DNA from: an uncultured delta proteobacterium
GTDB lineage: Bacteria > Myxococcota_A > Polyangia > Palsa-1104
Assembly: GCA_963785725.1 (NCBI GenBank)
Contig: CAWAWS010000033.1
Span: forward strand, 64,001 to 128,000
Reading direction: 5' to 3'
DNA: 64,000 nucleotides
Positions 59,001 through 64,000 of the stretch are shown here, one piece after another; positions within the stretch are counted from its first letter, which is position 1; every line of letters starts with the position of its first letter. Both the position numbers and the translations under genes were made by a program. The notes below the pieces were generated by a model. The model saw nothing but the letters and a program-made list of their open reading frames with translations, made no database searches and was not told the DNA's origin.

Positions 59001-59265
59001 CGCGCGGCACGAGCCCATCGCCGCCGACGTGCGCGCCGGGCTCGAGCACGTCGCGCGCGCGCTGGCCGTCAACCCGCGGCTGGGCGCCGCGTCGCTGCAA
59101 GCGGGCGCGCTGCATCTGTTGACGGCGCGGGCGACGACGGGCGCGGCGCGACGCGACGCGGCCGTGCAGGCGCAGGCGGCGCTGGCCGAGGCGCTCGGCT
59201 TCAACGCCAACTTGGAGCGTGAGACGCGTCCGCTGCTCGACGAAGCCACGCGCCTGGTCCGCTGA
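56065..59265 (+). CDS. Membrane Ser/Thr protein kinase with TPR-like C-terminus
   Basis: LGRGGMGEV, IALK, HRDVKPGN, DFG, GTPLYMAPE; one TM helix; helical repeats. Confidence 0.93.
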   Translation: MASSDSGGDDGGSGGDDHRRDVGVAETMQSGERPIPRAPSLLTIETERYQIVQLLGRGGMGEVHKAFDPRLGRFIALKVMRQASPELAARLVYEARAQARVDHEHVCKVYGVGELGGLPFIALQFIDGPTLRQLAPKLTREQKIAIMRDVADALHAAHRQGLVHRDVKPGNVLVEKGEDGFKAYVTDFGIAREVDGPGVTKTGVAQGTPLYMAPEQARGEAQKIDRRTDVYGLGATLYDLLSGRPPFQGDTSLGVMLKVLHDDPQPLRTIDPSIPVDLETITMKCLEKDPVRRYDSARALAQDLQAWLDGDPIAARRGGFGYRLAKRARKNLAAVVSAAIVVVAAVVLGGYAWRERRTADTRAALAHEFGQDVERNDAIARYASLLPLHDTRRERAMIEARMAKLTERMAELGSLAEGPGRYALGRGWLTLEKPDDARRELERAWQLGYRAPEVSYALGLALSQQYLHALAESAADASDKQELIARRAELERRFRAPALAYLKSAVGLQLEAPEYAEGLIALHEHSYTLALDKARAAQARVPWMFEAHTLEGDIRLTLAKDDWSRGEPAQALAELERAGLAYRTASDMAHSNASALHGSCLRWALAAEIASHRDQSPKAATDGALAACGQALQAWPDDVALYTDQVEALLSLARYDATHNGDPIHDWDRADQLAGEALRLDAKDVPSRVALAAIEDARAAWELDHGGDPRPRIERAIGAIAEALARDPRSYDARLLQSHVYMVRGDWEGGHGLDPRRSYETSAESGMQARALSADGWRTFAAVGMAALSKGMWELANGVDPQPSLEQAVQSYGMAAQKNPNVDYGYLNECAAWLTLGEYQHLRNVDPLPSFDRAIAACGRSAAVDPDFAGTHYNLGYAHLDRALWLRDQGLDPTPDLTSAEGFMRRALAVEHEYTPAFASRGEIEMTAARWAADHNRTPAAHFLAARAAIEHALELNGSDPDTQRELAELYRRQAEWHAARHEPIAADVRAGLEHVARALAVNPRLGAASLQAGALHLLTARATTGAARRDAAVQAQAALAEALGFNANLERETRPLLDEATRLVR

Positions 59266-59524
59266 CCGCATTCTCACGGCCGGCGCCGCTGATCCTTCGT
59301 CTCGCCATCGAGACAGCGCGGCGGATGTGAGGTCGATCGCAGCAGCGCCGTGACGACCGTAAACATTCTTTGTCACGTCGACCTATCGCACGTTCGATAG
59401 AGTCCAACAGACACAAACGGCAGCGACGGCAACTGTCGATTTCGTGACGGACGAAAAGCGTCGTTCCCAAACCCACTACGACGCCGAGCGAACGGCGCCA
59501 TGGAGGGTTCTCGTGACTCAGCGC

Positions 59525-61114
59525 ATGCTTCGTGCGCGCCTGCTCGCAGCCGGCGTGCTATGGCTTTTCACCAACGCGTGTCTGTCGGTGCCTTTGGGAA
59601 CACCGACGACCACGACGTCGCAAGACACGCCCATTCACGTCAGCTTGAACCAGCAGAACAAGGTCGACGTGCTGTTCATGGTCGACAACTCGACGTCGAT
59701 GGCGGCGATGCAGGACGCGCTGACGCAGCGTTTCGGCCAGTTCCTGCAAGTGTTCTCCGATCTCGCGCATCCGACCGATGGCTCGACGCCGCAGTATGCC
59801 GACCTGCACATCGGCGTCGTCACGTCCGATTACGGCGCGGGCTCGAAAGCCTACGGCAACTGTCAGCCGACGCCGGGCGGGCAAAAGGGCGTGCTGCAGG
59901 CGACAGCTGCGGCGTCGTCGGCGAACGCCGGCTGCGCCGGGCCGACGTCGGGCCTGTTCATTCAGTATCAGTTCAACGCCGACGGCAACGACGTCTGCAA
60001 CCTGCCCGGCGGCAAATGCGATGCGCCGACGCTGAATTCGACGTTCACGTGCATGGCCTCGGTCGGCGACGCCGGCTGCGGCTTCGAGCATCAGCTGGAG
60101 TCGGTGTACGCGGCGCTGCACGACACCACCAACAACAGCGGCTTCTTGCGCGACGAGGCGCTCTTGGCCGTCGTCTTCGTCACCAACGAGGATGACGGCT
60201 CGGCGCCGGTCGGCTCGACGTTCTACGACAGCGACGCCAGCGGCGCCGGCGCGCTCGACACCTATCGCCAGACGCGCTTCGGCATCGAGTGCGGCTCGCC
60301 GCTCATGATGGCGCCCGAGAGCGCGTCCAACGGCATGCTCAGCTGCTCGCCGGCGACCGAAGCCAACGCCGAATTCCCGGTGTCGCGCTACATCGACTTC
60401 TTCACGAAGTCGGTCGCCCAAGGCGGTCTCAAAGACGATCCGTCGAGCATCATCCTCGTCGGCTTGGACGCGCCCGACAACGACATCGAGACCATCTCGG
60501 TCCAGCCCGACACCGGCTGCGGCGCCGTCTCCACGGATCCGAGCGCGCCCTGCCACAGCGCCACCTACGTCGGCTGCGCCGCCAACGAGACCGACTGCAT
60601 CATTCGCTTGAAGCACTCGTGCCAGAACACCGCCGATCCGCGCTTCTTCGGCGACCCGGCGTTGCGCATCAACAGCGTCATTCGCGCCGTCAATCCGCCG
60701 CCGGCACCGGCGCAGCCGGCCGTCTTCTCCATCTGCGGCCAAGATCAGACGGTGGCACCCGACTACACGAGCACGCTGCAAGCGGTCGCGCAGCGCATCG
60801 TGTCGCAGCTGAAGCCGCCGTGCATTCCGGCACCGCTGACGAATTTCGCCGAGCCCGACTGCGTCGTCGAGGACGTCACGACCGTCGCCGGCGTCGAGCA
60901 TCCGACGCAGTTCAAGCGCTGCGACACCGTCAACAACGTGGCGCCCTGCTACACCGTCGTCGAGGACGCGGCCGATTGCGCCTGCGTGCAAGGCGCGGAC
61001 GGCATGCAGCATCACCCGTCGATCCAGATCATGCGCAACGCGCCGGTGCCGGCGAACACGGTCGTCAGGGTCGACTGCGCGACCGAAGCCCTGCTCGACC
61101 AAAGCTGCCACTAA
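59525..61114 (+). CDS. Cys-rich vWA-like lipoprotein, paralog of 24972-26480
   Basis: Lipobox TNAC; VDVLFMVDNSTSM, LHIGVVTSDYGAG, GCGFEHQLES, LAVVFVTNEDDGS. Confidence 0.82.
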   Translation: MLRARLLAAGVLWLFTNACLSVPLGTPTTTTSQDTPIHVSLNQQNKVDVLFMVDNSTSMAAMQDALTQRFGQFLQVFSDLAHPTDGSTPQYADLHIGVVTSDYGAGSKAYGNCQPTPGGQKGVLQATAAASSANAGCAGPTSGLFIQYQFNADGNDVCNLPGGKCDAPTLNSTFTCMASVGDAGCGFEHQLESVYAALHDTTNNSGFLRDEALLAVVFVTNEDDGSAPVGSTFYDSDASGAGALDTYRQTRFGIECGSPLMMAPESASNGMLSCSPATEANAEFPVSRYIDFFTKSVAQGGLKDDPSSIILVGLDAPDNDIETISVQPDTGCGAVSTDPSAPCHSATYVGCAANETDCIIRLKHSCQNTADPRFFGDPALRINSVIRAVNPPPAPAQPAVFSICGQDQTVAPDYTSTLQAVAQRIVSQLKPPCIPAPLTNFAEPDCVVEDVTTVAGVEHPTQFKRCDTVNNVAPCYTVVEDAADCACVQGADGMQHHPSIQIMRNAPVPANTVVRVDCATEALLDQSCH

Positions 61115-61150
61115 CTTTCGCGAGCGCGCGTCGTCCACTAAGATGACGGC

Positions 61151-61633
61151 ATGCGCATCATCTTCGCCTTCACCTTCATCGCTGCCGCACTAACGTTTAC
61201 GTCGACGGCGCGCGCCGCCGGGCCCGACAAAGAGACCGGCGCCGAAATGCTGCGCGCGCTCAAGCTGCTCGATCAGTCGCTCGGCCTCGAGAGCTTGCCG
61301 CCGCCGCACTGTCTGACCTACGGCTTCGGCCACGAAATCACCGTCGACGAAATCAAGAAATGCGCCGACAAAGCGCTCGCCGGCCAAGCGCTGCCCGGCC
61401 TGGGCACGAAGTACACGATCGCGATCTTGATGGCGTCGATCGGCCCGCAAACGCTGGTCGCGGTGTCGCTCGACGATCCGACGTGGGCCGTGTTGTCGTG
61501 CGATCCGGGCCGGCCGTGCCCGCCGCGTCACGCCGGCAGCGACAAGATGGGCCTGCGCGTCATCGACGTCACCAAGCGCGCCTGCGCCAAAGACACGACG
61601 ATCTGGCTGTCGGGCAAGAAAGCCTGCCCCTGA
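61151..61633 (+). CDS. Secreted hypothetical protein
   Basis: Signal peptide ending ARA; six Cys. Confidence 0.7.
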   Translation: MRIIFAFTFIAAALTFTSTARAAGPDKETGAEMLRALKLLDQSLGLESLPPPHCLTYGFGHEITVDEIKKCADKALAGQALPGLGTKYTIAILMASIGPQTLVAVSLDDPTWAVLSCDPGRPCPPRHAGSDKMGLRVIDVTKRACAKDTTIWLSGKKACP

Positions 61634-61635
61634 TC

Positions 61636-62424
61636 TTACGAGTGCTTTTTACGCTTGGCGCGCGCCGGCAGCGACGAGGTCGCGCCCGAGCCGACGAGCT
61701 TGCGCAGCGTCCGCTCCATCTCCTGCGCGAACACGATGCTGACCGCTTCCAGTCCGTGCGGCCGTAGCGCGCGATAGGCGTCGCTCAAGTCCGTCGCCGT
61801 CAGATCGCGCCCGAAGCCTTTGCCGACATTTTTGTAGAAGAACGCCGCCAAATCCTCGGTCGCGCGGTGCATGTGCTTGCGCAGGATCGCCGAGGCGCCG
61901 ATCGCCGTCTCGAAGTCGATGCCGCCCGCTTCCAAGCGCAGCGACACATTGAGCAACGCGGGGCTCTTGATGAGATAGCTGTCGCCCATGCGCTCGATCT
62001 GGCCGGCGCGCAACAGCTCCGCCGCCGCGCCCGGCCGCGCGCCCAACAGCTCGGCCAATTCGGCCTCGTTGACGACGCGCGGGCGATCGTTGGCCCACGG
62101 CTCCTGCAGCTGCTGCTCGAGCCCCAGCCACTCGTTCAACGCCAGCTCGCCCTTATCCGCCTGCGTCAACAGATCGCGAATCGCCCGAATGCGCAGCCCG
62201 CGATCTTGCAGCGAGCCGATGAGCTTCAGCCGCTCGATGTGCTCGGGACCATAATAGGCCACGCGACCGCGAATCTTCGGCTTCGGCAGCGCGCCTTTGG
62301 CCTGATAGAAGCGAATGGTACGGCTCGGCACGCGCGCGGCCACGGCCAGCTCGTCGATGGTGTACTCGGTCGCGGCCGTTGCGTTCGCGTCGTCGGGCAC
62401 GGTGCTCGCGTCATCATCGAGCAT
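61636..62424 (-). CDS. MerR-family HTH transcriptional regulator
   Basis: YTIDELAVAARVPSRTIRFYQAKGALPKP...YGPEHIERLKLI...GLRIRAI. Confidence 0.88.
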   Translation of the reverse strand: MLDDDASTVPDDANATAATEYTIDELAVAARVPSRTIRFYQAKGALPKPKIRGRVAYYGPEHIERLKLIGSLQDRGLRIRAIRDLLTQADKGELALNEWLGLEQQLQEPWANDRPRVVNEAELAELLGARPGAAAELLRAGQIERMGDSYLIKSPALLNVSLRLEAGGIDFETAIGASAILRKHMHRATEDLAAFFYKNVGKGFGRDLTATDLSDAYRALRPHGLEAVSIVFAQEMERTLRKLVGSGATSSLPARAKRKKHS

Positions 62425-62519
62425 CGGCCGCGTCGTCGCAAGTCCTCGCCCGCGCCCTTCGGCGGCGCCAGGATGGGCGAGCCTGACGTCGCCGGCCAAC
62501 GCCAGCGCGGTCATTCTCG

Positions 62520-63734
62520 TCACGTCATTTCTCGAGCAACCGCACGCGCGCCGCCGACACCGCCGCCGCCTTGGCTGAGCTTCTTGATGTGCGCGAAGGC
62601 GCCTTTGAGCGTCTTGCCCCAGCTCGCGGTGCGGTATGTGACGCCGTGACGCTCGCAGGCCGCGCGGACCTCGGGCGCGATCTCGCGCAGCCGCTCCGGC
62701 GGCAGCTTCGGGAACAGGTGGTGCTCGATCTGCCGGTCGAGACCGCCGCAGAGGATCGAGATCGGGCCGGCTGACCTCGAAGTCGTTGGTGGCCTCGACC
62801 TGCATCGCGTACCACTCGCCGCGCCCGTGGGCCCGGGTGCCCTCGGCGTAGGCTGCCGTCTCTTCGCCGACGTGGCCGCAGTAGATGGTCGCCGCCGAGT
62901 AGACGTCGCGCAGCGTCTCGGCCAGCCAGTTGCCGAGCAGCACCTTCCAGAAGCACGGGCCCGGCGAGCAGCGGGAAAAAGGACGTAGTTCTTCAGGTAG
63001 TACGGCACGTACTTGCGGAACGCGCGCTTGTGCGCCGCCATGCACGCTCTTCGCGAGCGATCGCGCGAGCAAGTCGAACTGCTCGGTGCGGCCGTTGCCG
63101 AAGTAGACGTCGATGAGCCCGGTGAAGTGCGCGTTCATGAAGAGCGCGAAGTTCGGGAAGATGACGCAGCACGATCAGCGCCGACTGGATGCGCGTTGCG
63201 CTGTGGACGTGCGGCGTGTGCTCGGTGAGCCGCACGGGGCCGAAGTGGATGTCGGGATCGCGCCCGGCGACGTTCGTGTACTGGTGGTGGCGGACGTTGT
63301 GCCCGCCGCGCCACGACTCCTCGTCGATGGGCAGGTCCCACTTGAACTTCTTGGACTCGAAGCGCCTCGGCGCCTTCGATGCCGTCGTAGGCGCCGTGCA
63401 GCGCCGTGTGGCCGATCTCGGTCGCCTGCAGCTGCTTGTGCAGCCACAGCGACACCACGCCGGCCGAGAACGTGAACGGATCGAGCGACACGTGCAAGAG
63501 CACGCGACCGCACACTTCGAACAGGCGCGACACGCGATCGAGCTTCTTCACGTAGCGCAGGTCTTCCTGGCCGATCTGCGCTTCGACGCGCTCGCGAATC
63601 TCGTCGATCGCCGCACCGAACGCGCGCAGCCGCTCGGCATCCGCGTCCGGCGCCACGCTCAGCTTCTTGGCCTTGGCGGCTTGGGGCGCGATCTCCGTAT
63701 CGATTTCGGGGGCGATGCGTTGCGGCTGCGTCAT
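62520..63734 (-). pseudogene. Membrane fatty acid desaturase interrupted by about 5 frameshifts (pseudogene or sequence error)
   Basis: His boxes HTALH, HNVRHH and QIEHHLFP are spread over different reading frames. Confidence 0.8.
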
Positions 63735-63777
63735 CGGATTCACCTCAGCGAGCGATGCCTCATCGCCCAATGAGACA

Positions 63778-63806
63778 GTTATAAGCGTGACACCAAACGA
63801 TGTCAA
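63778..63806 (-). promoter_or_regulatory. Sigma70-type promoter for the desaturase-MerR genes
   Basis: TTGACA (63806-63801), 17-bp spacer, TATAAC (63783-63778); GAGGTG RBS before the ATG at 63734. Confidence 0.75.
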
Positions 63807-63832
63807 GATCGATATGACAGTAAATAGTGTCA
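63788..63832. promoter_or_regulatory. Two TGACA-N8-TGTCA palindromic operators
   Basis: TGACAccaaacgaTGTCA (63788-63805) and TGACAgtaaatagTGTCA (63815-63832). Confidence 0.7.
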
Positions 63833-63866
63833 CGATCGAAACAGGGACCGATGTTAGGTTCGCGCC

Positions 63867-64000
63867 ATGGCCGACGGCTTCGTTCTCGCTCCCGAGCGCT
63901 ACATCAGCCTCGAGAGCTTCAAGAAAGACGGAATGGGCGTCAAAACTCCGGTGTGGGCGGCGCCGCTCGACGGCAAGCTCGTCATCGTCACCGACGGCAC
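63867..64000 (+). CDS. PPOX-class (putative F420-dependent) oxidoreductase, 5' part only
   Basis: My translation: MADGFVLAPERYISLESFKKDGMGVKTPVWAAPLDGKLVIVTDG. Confidence 0.75.
   Translation, partial: MADGFVLAPERYISLESFKKDGMGVKTPVWAAPLDGKLVIVTDG

Noticed and set aside
61636..63138. 500-aa desaturase-MerR fusion in the ORF track
   Set aside because: A product of the desaturase frameshifts; the desaturase C-terminus ends at 62520 in another frame and MerR has its own start.
1..64000. tRNA, rRNA, prophage, transposase or integrase genes
   Set aside because: None recognised by eye; tRNAscan-SE or Infernal would be needed to exclude small RNAs.

Overview
High-GC bacterial chromosomal DNA. The gene content points to Myxococcota (Polyangia-like): many Gly-rich lipoproteins, three large Ser/Thr kinases, a TIGR04563-like RHH protein and a MYXO-CTERM-like tail. 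This taxonomy is inferred. About 48 protein genes can be supported; no rRNA, tRNA, CRISPR array, transposase or integrase was recognised. Most notable: (1) a translationally coupled three-gene biosynthetic operon at 10009-13981, made of a DMATS-type indole prenyltransferase fused to a heme-oxygenase-like diiron oxidase (HDO) domain, a class V PLP (kynureninase-like) enzyme and a SAM methyltransferase lacking the usual catalytic His; (2) a lipoxygenase plus FAD oxidase pair between two kinase-NTPase-helical repeat proteins (33353-44523); (3) a multiheme cytochrome - FIST - hybrid kinase - response regulator operon (16346-21808); (4) a degenerate HEPN-like plus RHH gene pair; (5) several repeat structures and a clear promoter/operator upstream of a frameshifted desaturase. 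All family calls come from motif recognition by eye, not database searches. Start codons were often re-chosen relative to the ORF track.
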